A stretch of 64,000 bases of DNA from positions 13,957 to 77,956 of the forward strand of contig CAYXBK010000015.1 of the NCBI GenBank assembly GCA_964463165.1, written 5' to 3'. The notes under the pieces were generated by a model. That model did not search any database. It was not told the DNA's origin and was given only the letters and a program-made list of their open reading frames with translations. Positions 28,265 to 37,219 of the stretch are shown here, piece by piece (the first letter of the stretch is position 1; each line of letters opens with the position of its first letter). Position numbers and translations under genes: made by a program. The DNA comes from an uncultured Chitinophagales bacterium. Lineage in GTDB: Bacteria > Bacteroidota > Bacteroidia > Chitinophagales > BACL12.

Positions 28265-28285
28265 CTTTGTGCCATTGTGGGAAAC
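28265..28285 (+). promoter_or_regulatory. 21-nt motif copy B (inverted orientation)
   Basis: The plus strand reads CTTTGTGCCATTGTGGGAAAC, matching copy A at 19 of 21 positions. It lies 30 nt upstream of the peptidase ATG at 28316. Confidence 0.4.
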
Positions 28286-28315
28286 AAACATTAATTTTCA
28301 AAAAAAATACTTCCT

Positions 28316-29887
28316 ATGCCTATTCGAATGGTTCCCGACAATAATCAGCAGCAGCAACGCAAAATTCCGGGCGGCGGCGGTGGCGGCACCGGCCGTGGTG
28401 GCGGCAATATCATCACGTTATTATTGCCTTTGTTTTTAGGCCTGTTCCGGAAAAATCCCAAACTCGGCTGCGGTATTTTAATTGTGGCTGCAATCGTGAT
28501 TTATTTTCTGGGCGGCAACCTGTTTAATTTCAGCGGCGGCGGAACCGATGCTTCCGGTGGTTTTGCAACAGGCGCAGATTTCGATCCGGAAAAATACGAT
28601 GCAACGGAAATATTTGAACCGCCTGTTACCGACAATAAAAAAAATCCATTGCCCGAAAGCGTTTCGCTTTTAAAATATGCGCCGGCAAGATTAAATCAGG
28701 GCCAGCAGGGTTCATGCGTTGGTTGGGGTTCTGCCTATGCGGCACGCACAATACTTGAAGCCGAACGCACCGGAAAAGATCCGAATTCAATTGCTTTCAG
28801 TCCGGCATATTTATATAATCAGATCGGGCTTGAAGGATGCCAGGGCGCATATATTCAAAATGCAATGGACGTGATGAAAAATCAGGGGCTGGTTTCACTG
28901 CGTGAATTTCCTTATTCGGATCAGGATTGCAGCAAGCAACCGAATTCATCGCAAAAACAACAGGCCTCTCAATTTAAAATGACCGGATTTAATCGCCTTA
29001 CACAGGGCGATGGCCAGGGAGTAAATAATGAAAAACTCGATCTTGTTGCCATCAAACAAAATCTTGCACAGGGTGCACCGGTTGTGATCGGTATGCTGGT
29101 GGGAGGAAGTTTTATGCAGCCGATGATGGGAAAAGATGTCTGGAACCCCACCAACGACGATCTCGATATGTATGGTTTCGGGGGGCATTGCATGTGCGTG
29201 ATCGGTTATGATGATTTTAAAGAAGGCGGCGCATTTCAGGTGATGAACAGCTGGGGATCGGAATGGGGAAATAATGGCGTTGCATGGATACCTTATAACG
29301 TATTCGATCATTTTGCTAAAGAAGCGTATGGTGTTTATCCGATGGGCTCTGCAGATAAACCATTATCAAATACTTTGTCTGTTGAATTCGGTTTGGTAGA
29401 TAATTCAAGTTCAAGAAATATTCCGCTCAAACAAAATGGAAACGGCGTATTTGAAACAAAATCACCGATTAAAAAAGGAACGAAATTTAAAATTCAGGTA
29501 ACTAATTCGCATGAATGTTATACGTATATTTTCGGAATGGAAACAGATAATTCATCATATGTTTTATTTCCATATACCGAAAAACATTCACCTTATTGCG
29601 GCATCACCGGCACACGCTTATTTCCGAAAGATTACAGCATGCAGGCAGATGAGATCGGCACAAAAGATTATATGGCGATTGTGGTAACCAAACAACCGCT
29701 CGATTATAAAGCACTCAACGATCTAATCAATAAACAAAGCGGCAGTTACGATCAGAAAATTAAATCCGCACTTGGTTCTCAATTAATTCAAAATGTAAAA
29801 TACAATCCGGGTGAAACAATCAGTTTCCAGAAAGATGCGGGCGCCGATGGTGCGGTGTTGATGGTAATTGAGGTGGATAAATTTTAG
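28316..29887 (+). CDS. Membrane-anchored papain-like (C1 family) cysteine peptidase with extra C-terminal domain
   Basis: 523 aa. A Gly-rich N-terminus precedes a TM helix. The catalytic residues appear in QGQQGSCVGWGSAY (Cys), GGHCMCVIGYDD (His) and VMNSWGSEWGNNG (Asn/Trp). The C-terminal ~170 aa is possibly DUF4384-like. Confidence 0.85.
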   Translation: MPIRMVPDNNQQQQRKIPGGGGGGTGRGGGNIITLLLPLFLGLFRKNPKLGCGILIVAAIVIYFLGGNLFNFSGGGTDASGGFATGADFDPEKYDATEIFEPPVTDNKKNPLPESVSLLKYAPARLNQGQQGSCVGWGSAYAARTILEAERTGKDPNSIAFSPAYLYNQIGLEGCQGAYIQNAMDVMKNQGLVSLREFPYSDQDCSKQPNSSQKQQASQFKMTGFNRLTQGDGQGVNNEKLDLVAIKQNLAQGAPVVIGMLVGGSFMQPMMGKDVWNPTNDDLDMYGFGGHCMCVIGYDDFKEGGAFQVMNSWGSEWGNNGVAWIPYNVFDHFAKEAYGVYPMGSADKPLSNTLSVEFGLVDNSSSRNIPLKQNGNGVFETKSPIKKGTKFKIQVTNSHECYTYIFGMETDNSSYVLFPYTEKHSPYCGITGTRLFPKDYSMQADEIGTKDYMAIVVTKQPLDYKALNDLINKQSGSYDQKIKSALGSQLIQNVKYNPGETISFQKDAGADGAVLMVIEVDKF

Positions 29888-29890
29888 AAG

Positions 29891-29924
29891 CAGGAGTCAG
29901 GAATCAGGAATCAGGAGTCAGGAT
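29891..29924 (+). repeat. Heptanucleotide tandem array (5 units)
   Basis: CAGGAGT CAGGAAT CAGGAAT CAGGAGT CAGGAT, beginning 4 nt after the peptidase stop codon. Confidence 0.9.
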
Positions 29925-30043
29925 AAATTAAATTGAGTTTAGTGATGCATGGAAATTTCTGTTTACTAAATCCACCAATAACCAATTCACGAAACATCCA
30001 AACCAATTTAAAAGAACCTGTGTCTGTATTAAAAACATAAATA

Positions 30044-30712
30044 ATGTATAATTTTTCATATTTCAAGGAGAAGGATAAACAAACAGTTTTAGAATTCATT
30101 GAATTATATCCATTTGCTTTTGTAACAGGAAGTTTTTTATCCGGTTTGCAGGTTGCTACACAAATTCCAATATTGCTGGAAGAAAGAAACGGCGAATTGT
30201 ATTTGCAGGGGCATATCATGAGAAATACGGACCATCACAAGGCATTTCTGGAAAACCCAAATATCATGATTGTATTCACCGGGCCGAATTGTTATGTGAG
30301 TGCATCCTGGTACAGTAATCCGCAAATTGGTTCAACATGGAATTATATGAGTGTTCAGATAGCCGGAAAAATTGAATTCATGTCCGATGCGCAGCTTATT
30401 CAGTTCATGCGGAAACTGACCTTGAAATTTGAAAACGGAGATGTCGCTTCACAAACATTTTATGATAATCTGCCCGACCAGTTTCTCAATAAGATGATGC
30501 CTGCGATTACCGGATTTGAGATCAAAGTTGAAAAAATTGAAAATGTTTTCAAGCTGAGCCAAAACCGTGATGAAAAAAGTTATCTGCATATCATTGCAAA
30601 ACTCGAAGAAAAAGGCGGCGACAGTGCATTGATCGCAGAAGAAATGAAAAAACGGCATGCCGGATTATTTCCTGCCGGTGTAGCTTGGGATCCGGCAAAA
30701 TTTGATTCATGA
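30044..30712 (+). CDS. FMN-binding negative transcriptional regulator (PaiB family)
   Basis: 222 aa. FIELYPFAFVTGS...LPILLEERNGELYLQGHIMRNTDHHKAF...FKLSQNR matches the PaiB-like pattern. Confidence 0.75.
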   Translation: MYNFSYFKEKDKQTVLEFIELYPFAFVTGSFLSGLQVATQIPILLEERNGELYLQGHIMRNTDHHKAFLENPNIMIVFTGPNCYVSASWYSNPQIGSTWNYMSVQIAGKIEFMSDAQLIQFMRKLTLKFENGDVASQTFYDNLPDQFLNKMMPAITGFEIKVEKIENVFKLSQNRDEKSYLHIIAKLEEKGGDSALIAEEMKKRHAGLFPAGVAWDPAKFDS

Positions 30713-30762
30713 AAAATTTTCGTTTAAACTATTACAAAAAACAATAAGCATCATAATGGGAG

Positions 30763-30909
30763 ATGGTAAAAATTAATTTAATAGCGCTCCTTCTATTCAA
30801 CAATTTAATACTCTCGGGTCAGGAATTTCCTGTTCCTTTTAATTATAATATGATTGGTTCGGCTACCGGAGATTTAGATAACGATGGAATAAATATGCTA
30901 ATTATATAG
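30763..30909 (+). pseudogene. Truncated 5' fragment of an FG-GAP-type secreted protein
   Basis: A 48-codon ORF too short for the ORF track: MVKINLIALLLFNNLILSGQ (signal peptide), then ...SATGDLDNDGINMLII and a stop. It holds one FG-GAP calcium loop and nothing more. Confidence 0.4.
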
Positions 30910-30984
30910 AAATTCAAATAAATAAAACATCCTGGCGTTTAATTATATAACTTTCGCGAGACATTTTCAATATGCGTGTTTCTT

Positions 30985-31803
30985 ATGAAATCAAAAATAA
31001 ATATATTTTATACAATTTCGCTTTTTGTTTTATTGTCCAAACCGTTAAAAGGACAAGTTTGTTATAAAATTTGGTATAATCAGGATAGTTTTTTTACTTT
31101 CAATACGTCTTCTTTTTTGGATTCAACATTTAAGAAACCATTCTCTGTTCCCGATGGAAAATGGGTTATCTTAAGTAAAGACTCTTTGCCGATTTACTTT
31201 TTCAATACGCAAAAAAATTGTATCCACGGTGAATACTCAGAATACTGGGATGGGGTCTTAAAAACAAAAGGATATTATAGAATGGATTCCATCTGGAGTT
31301 TCCGCTTCAATAGATTTGAAGAAAGATTCAAAGACAGCACCTGGATACTTTATGTCAGTTTCATTTTAGATACCACAACCAACCAAATTGTTGGTTTTCA
31401 GGATGCGGTCACTATGACTTATAATAGCTATTATCCAAACGGCAGTAAAAAATTAGAAAGGCGTGGACAACAAATTGAAATTAATTACTACGAAAATGGA
31501 CTAATGAAATCAATGATAACTAATTATAAAAATGATAAGGACAATATAACTATTGAACAAAATTTTGACAGTATTGGACAGCTAATCAAGATTATAACTA
31601 TCAGAACCACAACTAAAACGCGGCATAAAGTTTTAATCGGAGGAATCTTTGTTTCGTCTGATACAGTTGAATATAATGGATTTTGGAAAAAGAAGGAAAT
31701 AATCGAAAATAACAAACAAAAAATAACAATCCTGTACGGAGAGGTTGGTCAGGAAATAAGCCGAATAGTACAGAAAAAAAAGAAATCACAATATTACATT
31801 TAA
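30985..31803 (+). CDS. Secreted protein with MORN-variant (YwqK-like) repeats
   Basis: ATG 30985 gives MKSKINIFYTISLFVLL. It has recurrent G.Y..Y(Y/W).(N/D)G motifs (HGEYSEYWDG, YNSYYPNGSK, EINYYENGLMK). The gene is very AT-rich. Confidence 0.55.
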   Translation: MKSKINIFYTISLFVLLSKPLKGQVCYKIWYNQDSFFTFNTSSFLDSTFKKPFSVPDGKWVILSKDSLPIYFFNTQKNCIHGEYSEYWDGVLKTKGYYRMDSIWSFRFNRFEERFKDSTWILYVSFILDTTTNQIVGFQDAVTMTYNSYYPNGSKKLERRGQQIEINYYENGLMKSMITNYKNDKDNITIEQNFDSIGQLIKIITIRTTTKTRHKVLIGGIFVSSDTVEYNGFWKKKEIIENNKQKITILYGEVGQEISRIVQKKKKSQYYI

Positions 31804-32013
31804 TTTCATATTACTAAAGAAAATACAGCTGTTCACGTAATAAATGCATAAGCAATTAAAACGAACTGTGAATGAAATATATTTGAATGGAAATTCAGTG
31901 TGATTTGTAGACCACGTGATGGGTTAAAGGAAATGACATGCTTTCAAACAGAATACAATCAATCATATTAACATTACTATGAAAATTATAAATTACAATT
32001 TAATTTCATCTCA

Positions 32014-32640
32014 TTGGTAAAAATAATTACATTGTTGCTTATACTAAATCTTTTACTTTCGTGCGATTGTGTGCAGGAAGTTACAGGAACAATTATTGAC
32101 TATGACACGGGATTACCATTGGGAGGAACTGAAGTTTATAATAAAAAAAGAAATAGAAATACGATTAAGACAGACTCGACTGGTAATTTTAAATTAACGG
32201 CTATTTCAGGTGGTTTCGGGTGCCCGCCTATGACTGTAGTTGCTGAATTGAAAAATTACATGCAAACAGAAGTTGAAATAGAATCCGGCGAATACAAAAT
32301 TATTAAAATGAAAGCCATTGATCCGTTATCGAAATCAACTTTAGAACGCTTACAGGGAATTTGGTATCATGATCAAGACAGTTCAGCTACTGTGGAGGTG
32401 ATATCCAAAACGTGGACCTTTAATTATAAATCAGCAATTCCAGGAGCTTATGATGTCTACTCTATTGTAATAACCGATGAATTGACCGAATATGCGAGCG
32501 TGCAGGAAAATGCGGAGTTTTTAGTCTTGATAAATAATAAAGATAGTTTAGAATTTGAAATTTTAAACCTTACTGATTCAACTCTTAGTTTAATGTATTT
32601 CCCTGCAGGCAGAATACATTTATATAAGCGAAATAAATGA
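32014..32640 (+). CDS. Lipoprotein with carboxypeptidase-regulatory-like N-domain
   Basis: TTG start with lipobox LLLSCDC. VTGTIIDYDTGLPLGGTEVY resembles CarboxypepD_reg. The C-terminal half is lipocalin-like (LNLTDSTLSLMY). Confidence 0.55.
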   Translation: MVKIITLLLILNLLLSCDCVQEVTGTIIDYDTGLPLGGTEVYNKKRNRNTIKTDSTGNFKLTAISGGFGCPPMTVVAELKNYMQTEVEIESGEYKIIKMKAIDPLSKSTLERLQGIWYHDQDSSATVEVISKTWTFNYKSAIPGAYDVYSIVITDELTEYASVQENAEFLVLINNKDSLEFEILNLTDSTLSLMYFPAGRIHLYKRNK

Positions 32641-33068
32641 ATCTATTCTTGACATTATTTTTGCTGACAGTTACTTTGTCTTTGCATAGTCAGAACGGCA
32701 TAGCAGATTCCTATAATTTGACTGTGATTGATTCTTGTTTCAGCAAAGTGGACAGCTCAATTAAATTGATTTCAATTCAATTTAAAAATGGCCGAGATAA
32801 AAATTTTGAAAAAATCTTCATCGATTCATTAAAAACATTGAAACAAATAGATTATTTTCTTTATGAAAATGCCATGAATATCCGCCCATTCAATGAAGCG
32901 AAAGGTATCAACATTTCAATTTATTACGAAAGTAAATCGTGTATGATTACAGGAGGAATTTTCATATGTGATCCGCTCACTTTTGAAACATCCCAAATCA
33001 TTACTTCAAAAGATATAAATTGTTGCTGGACTTTTAAGGCAGGAGAGCCTGTTTTGCCATGCAAATAA
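32637..33068 (+). CDS. Small secreted hypothetical protein
   Basis: 143 aa with a signal peptide. The start overlaps the upstream stop as ATGA. Confidence 0.55.
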   Translation: MNLFLTLFLLTVTLSLHSQNGIADSYNLTVIDSCFSKVDSSIKLISIQFKNGRDKNFEKIFIDSLKTLKQIDYFLYENAMNIRPFNEAKGINISIYYESKSCMITGGIFICDPLTFETSQIITSKDINCCWTFKAGEPVLPCK

Positions 33069-33126
33069 TTCTGTATATTTATAGAGAATATATCTTCATA
33101 ATTTCACAAATTGTAAAAAAACAACC

Positions 33127-34212
33127 ATGATGAAAAATGCCATTACCCTGGGATTTATAATCTTATTAGTTTTCGAGCAAAACGGCTCCGCTCAAACCAA
33201 CAAAGAAAAAGCATACGATAAAGGTGTGCGGGCGATTGAGTTGATGGACAATGGAAAAATTGATGAGAGCATCGCATTACTTGAAGAGGCGCAGAAACTC
33301 GACCCCGACCGTTTCGATTATCCATACGAAATGGCTTATGCCTATTATTTAAAAGAGGATTATAAATCTGCAATCAAAATACTCGAAAAGAACAAGAAAC
33401 ATAAGGATGTAACCGAACGGCTTTTTCAGCTGCTTGGAAACAGTTACGATATTATCGGGCAAAGCGATAAAGCCTTCGCAGCGTATGATGAAGGGCTTGA
33501 AATATTTCCGAATTCAGGAATGATCTATCTTGAAAAAGGAAATGTGTATTGGGGTAAAAAAGAATATAACAATGCGTTGCCATATTACGAAAAAGGAATC
33601 GAAGTTGATCCGAAATTCCCATCCAACTATTACCGTGCAGCTTTGCTTTATTGTGGTTCCACCGAAGAGGTTTGGGGCATGTTATACGGCGAAATATTTA
33701 TGAACCTTGAAAGAAACAGTCAACGCACAGTTGAAATCAGCAAATTGTTATATGATACTTATAAAAACGAAATCAGCTTTACAAGTGATTCAACACGCAG
33801 CGTAAGTTTTTGTCAGATGATGTCGATGTCGCTTGATGCATTCTCCGATCCTGACAATATCAAATTCCCTTTTTGTATGGTATATGAACCCACATTACTT
33901 ATTGCCATCGCATTTGAAAAAGAAATTACCATGAATTCACTGGACCGGATCAGAACTACTTTCATTGATGTCTATTATCAATCAGGGCGTGACAAAACAC
34001 ATCCCAACGCATTGTTCAATTATGAAAAAGAAATTATGGAAGCCGGGCATATGGAAGCTTATAATCATTGGATTCTCATGCAGGGCAACCTGGATGAATT
34101 TGATAAATGGTATGCAGGCAATAAAGAAAAGTGGGATAATTTCATCCTTTGGTTTACTGATAACGGCCTTGAATTGGATAAAAAGAATAAATTTTACAGC
34201 GGACAGTATTAA
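33127..34212 (+). CDS. Secreted tetratricopeptide-repeat protein
   Basis: 361 aa with a signal peptide. It has at least four TPR-like units (YEMAYAYYLKEDYKSAI, LGNSYDIIGQSDKAFAAY, LEKGNVYWGKKEYNNALPYYEKGIEVDP). Confidence 0.75.
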   Translation: MMKNAITLGFIILLVFEQNGSAQTNKEKAYDKGVRAIELMDNGKIDESIALLEEAQKLDPDRFDYPYEMAYAYYLKEDYKSAIKILEKNKKHKDVTERLFQLLGNSYDIIGQSDKAFAAYDEGLEIFPNSGMIYLEKGNVYWGKKEYNNALPYYEKGIEVDPKFPSNYYRAALLYCGSTEEVWGMLYGEIFMNLERNSQRTVEISKLLYDTYKNEISFTSDSTRSVSFCQMMSMSLDAFSDPDNIKFPFCMVYEPTLLIAIAFEKEITMNSLDRIRTTFIDVYYQSGRDKTHPNALFNYEKEIMEAGHMEAYNHWILMQGNLDEFDKWYAGNKEKWDNFILWFTDNGLELDKKNKFYSGQY

Positions 34213-34280
34213 TAGGTTTTCATTCCTTATTTCCTACACCCAATTTTTAATCAGGCTTCAACAATAAATTTTGTAATCCT

Positions 34281-34598
34281 AAAATGACTCCAAAACAAAT
34301 CCTGCAAAAATGGCTCGATGCATTTAATAAAGCTGATGCGGAGGCGATCTCGGATTTATATGCGGAAGATGCGATCAACCACCAGGTGGCGAATGAACCT
34401 GTTGTTGGGAAAGCGGCAATAAAAAATATGTTTACAACAGAATTTGCGAATGCCGAAATGATTTGTATTCCTGAAAATATATTTGAGGACGGCGATTGGG
34501 CAATTCTGGAATGGAAAGACCCGCTCGGACTTCGCGGCTGCGGTTTTTTTAAAATAGAGAATGATAAAATAATATTTCAAAGAGGTTATTGGGATAAA
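34281..34598 (+). repeat. Direct repeat copy 1 (318 nt, 3 mismatches to copy 2)
   Basis: 34281-34528 is 248 nt identical to 37887-38134. There are three synonymous differences up to 34598, after which the copies diverge. Confidence 0.95.
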
Positions 34599-34640
34599 CT
34601 TTCATTTCATAAAATTCATAATATTCCATTGACTATTTGA
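34284..34640 (+). CDS. NTF2-like (SnoaL-type) small protein, copy 1
   Basis: 118 aa. KWLDAFNKADAEAISDLYAEDAINHQ...WAILEW...GCGFFKIENDKIIFQRGYWD is typical of SnoaL-like NTF2-fold proteins. Confidence 0.8.
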   Translation: MTPKQILQKWLDAFNKADAEAISDLYAEDAINHQVANEPVVGKAAIKNMFTTEFANAEMICIPENIFEDGDWAILEWKDPLGLRGCGFFKIENDKIIFQRGYWDKLSFHKIHNIPLTI

Positions 34641-34655
34641 ATTAAAATTACCAGA

Positions 34656-35147
34656 ATGAAAACTAAATTTAAGATTACCGGGTTTCTAATAATAGCATTC
34701 AGCATTTTCCTGCTAATTATTTTTATAAACGTTGTTTATGAAATGATTACAAACGCAGACGATGAGAAAAACGTGTTACCGCTGTTCATAGCAGTCATCT
34801 TTTTCATTTTTGTGCTGGCATGGTTAATATTGGGAGAATTGAAAAATAAGTTCATTATAGTTCGATTAGCTGAAAATAAAATTTCAATTGCAAAATTGGG
34901 CGGTGTCTTGCCAATAATAGATTTTAATTCTTCCGAAATCGAAGGGTGGAAATATTCAATTTTACCTTCAAAAACCCGTGACTATGAATATTTATATCTC
35001 TATGCCCATGGCAAAAAAATTGCAAAAATTTCTCAATTTTATCATAAGAATTACCCGGACATTAAAAAATATGTGAGTGATCATTATGCAAATCTGGGCT
35101 TTGAAGAATTTAGTTATTTAAAAGAATTTAAAGAAATCTTTGAATGA
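34656..35147 (+). CDS. Membrane protein, unknown function
   Basis: 163 aa with two N-terminal TM helices followed by a soluble domain. Confidence 0.6.
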   Translation: MKTKFKITGFLIIAFSIFLLIIFINVVYEMITNADDEKNVLPLFIAVIFFIFVLAWLILGELKNKFIIVRLAENKISIAKLGGVLPIIDFNSSEIEGWKYSILPSKTRDYEYLYLYAHGKKIAKISQFYHKNYPDIKKYVSDHYANLGFEEFSYLKEFKEIFE

Positions 35148-35259
35148 TTAAATAAAATTTGAATGAATTCCTCTCCCTCCTTCCCCACATACCGAAACGG
35201 TGGCCCAGGATTTCCTTTGTTCCGCCCACCTATCATTCAGACAAAATTAATCGATTGTT

Positions 35260-35469
35260 TTGTTACTTGTTTTTGAATTTCTCAATCTATTACTGCATCC
35301 ACTCTTAGAAAGAATTACTCATCACTCACCCGTCTTAATGTTGCTTGCGTTTGTTTGTATTGCGGCTTTTCTTGTGCCCTTGCACCACAAATTAGAAAAG
35401 TGGACAACAGTAAAACTGGTGGAGAAAAACAAGGCGACAAGATTGGCGAATGCAAAAGAAGACGAATGA
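35260..35469 (+). pseudogene. Probable 3' fragment of a larger membrane-anchored regulator gene
   Basis: 69 codons with a TTG start. LHPLLERITHHSPVLMLLAFVCIAAFLVPLHHKLEKW resembles the C-terminal TM segment of large TPR-containing regulatory proteins of Bacteroidota. No upstream partner is present. Recognition is from memory only. Confidence 0.3.
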
Positions 35470-35656
35470 ACAGTTAGAAGATGAGATAAAAAACCAAAGA
35501 CCGCAGCAAGAACGCATAACATAGATTTGCCTATAGGCTGCGTGCTGTGCAACTTCCAACTGCATCACATTCTACTTACATTTGTGCTGGTGGAAACGTA
35601 AGTGCATCTGATACACGCACTTCGGCAACTCCTTAAATGGTATATCGAATTATAAA

Positions 35657-36238
35657 ATGAATACAAATCCTTTAATATATTATTTTGAAAAACTTCTTCC
35701 TTTAAATGAGGAAGAGAAATTAATGATAGAGGAAGTTTTTAAAGAACGAAGAATTAAGCGTAAGCAGTTCATTCTGCAGGAAGGCGATGTATGCAATCAA
35801 AATACATTCATAGTTGAAGGTTGTTTCAGAATGTATATGGTTGACGACAAAGGCAAAGAACACAATCTCCAGTTCGCAGTTGAGAATTGGTGGATTGGCG
35901 ACATTGGCAGTTTTCATTCAGAAAAATCAAGTAAGCTATTTATTGAAGCAATTGAGAATTCAGTTATCCTTCAATGTAATAAGGAAGATCAGATAAAGCT
36001 TTTTGAAAAATATCCAAAATTCAATAGGATTTTTAGAGTCCTTGCTGAAAATGCAATAATAAGTATGCAAAATAGAATCTTACAAAATATAAGCTCTACT
36101 GCCGAAGAGCGATACCTTGATTTTGTTGAACGATACCCGCATTTTTTCAATCGAATAAGCAATGTTCAAATTGCTTCATACCTTGGTGTAACACCCGAAT
36201 TTCTCAGCTCCATCCGCAAGAAAATCGTAAAATCTTAA
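35657..36238 (+). CDS. Crp/Fnr-family transcriptional regulator
   Basis: 193 aa with a cNMP-binding beta-roll (ILQEGDVCNQNTFIVEGCFRMY) and a C-terminal HTH (NVQIASYLGVTPEFLSSIRKK). Confidence 0.85.
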   Translation: MNTNPLIYYFEKLLPLNEEEKLMIEEVFKERRIKRKQFILQEGDVCNQNTFIVEGCFRMYMVDDKGKEHNLQFAVENWWIGDIGSFHSEKSSKLFIEAIENSVILQCNKEDQIKLFEKYPKFNRIFRVLAENAIISMQNRILQNISSTAEERYLDFVERYPHFFNRISNVQIASYLGVTPEFLSSIRKKIVKS

Positions 36239-36333
36239 GATAGATTAAGATTATTTCTTAAGATACTTTATAGGCAAACACATTTCTTCTTCCAGACCTT
36301 TGTAATGTTATTAAACTAAAAAAACATTACATT

Positions 36334-37218
36334 ATGGAAAAGAAATTAATTGCGGTTGTAGGTGCAACCGGGCTACAAGGTAAAGGCGTAGTTAACGCAT
36401 TAAAAAAGAATGGTTCTTTTACAGTAAGAGCTATAACCCGCAACCCTGATAAATACAAGGGAAATGCAGATGAAGTCGTTTTAGGTGAGCTAACTAACCT
36501 TACTTCATTAACAAATGCCTTTAAGGGTGCCTATGGCGTATTTGTGATGACTAATTTTTGGGAGGGAGCTGATGAACTAACCCAAGGAAAACTCGCAATA
36601 GAAGCAGCAAAAAAAGCGAATGTTACTCATTTCATCTGGTCCACTTTGCCGAATGTTGAGGCAATTAGCAAAGGCAAATATGATGTACCACATTTTACAG
36701 CAAAAGCAAAGGTAGACGAAATAGTAAAAACAGCAGGTTTCATCTATTATACCTTCGTACAAGCTTCATTCTATTTTCAAAACCTGGTCGGACAATTGGG
36801 CGTTCAAAAACAACAAGACGGATCGTTTGGATGGGCGCTTCCTATTGACCCTGCTAAAAGCGTAATTCACATGGCAGATATTAATGATTTAGGAAAAGTG
36901 GTAGCCGGTGCATTCTTAAATCCTGAAAAAGCTGGTAAAGGAAATTATTTATCAGTGGCGGCAGGTTGCTACAGCTTCAATGACATTTTATCTGCTTACA
37001 AGGAAAATGGAAAGGAATTCAGCTTTACATACGTTCCGGGTGAAGTGTTTTCTAAATTTCCATTTAAAGGCGCTGATGAACTTACGCAAATGTTTTCTTA
37101 TTTTGAAGAAAGCACTTATATGGGACCAAATACAGATGGTCAAATTAGAATGGCAGCTGAAATTTCTACTGAAACATTTACATCATTGGAAGAATGGATT
37201 AAACAAAATCAAAACTAA
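36334..37218 (+). CDS. NmrA-family NAD(P)-binding protein
   Basis: 294 aa with a Rossmann motif (VVGATGLQGKGV) and an NmrA-like profile (HFIWSTLPNVE...VPHFTAKA). Confidence 0.85.
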   Translation: MEKKLIAVVGATGLQGKGVVNALKKNGSFTVRAITRNPDKYKGNADEVVLGELTNLTSLTNAFKGAYGVFVMTNFWEGADELTQGKLAIEAAKKANVTHFIWSTLPNVEAISKGKYDVPHFTAKAKVDEIVKTAGFIYYTFVQASFYFQNLVGQLGVQKQQDGSFGWALPIDPAKSVIHMADINDLGKVVAGAFLNPEKAGKGNYLSVAAGCYSFNDILSAYKENGKEFSFTYVPGEVFSKFPFKGADELTQMFSYFEESTYMGPNTDGQIRMAAEISTETFTSLEEWIKQNQN

Positions 37219-37219
37219 C

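Noticed and set aside
28152-28439. A 95-aa plus-strand ORF upstream of and overlapping the C1 peptidase start.
   Set aside because: It is an out-of-frame overlap with the Gly-rich peptidase N-terminus, which yields an Ala-rich artefact. Only its first codons (VPLWET) are of interest, as part of the 21-nt motif reported separately.
29911-30219. A 102-aa minus-strand ORF between the C1 peptidase and PaiB genes.
   Set aside because: It overlaps the 5' end of the well-supported PaiB-family gene and has Cys-rich, non-protein-like composition.
36980-37219. The ORF track's 243-aa version of the 37220..37711 gene.
   Set aside because: The extension overlaps the NmrA gene in another frame and is not protein-like. 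A lipoprotein signal (MRRIYVIALMMALISSC) starts at ATG 37220, 1 nt after the NmrA stop.
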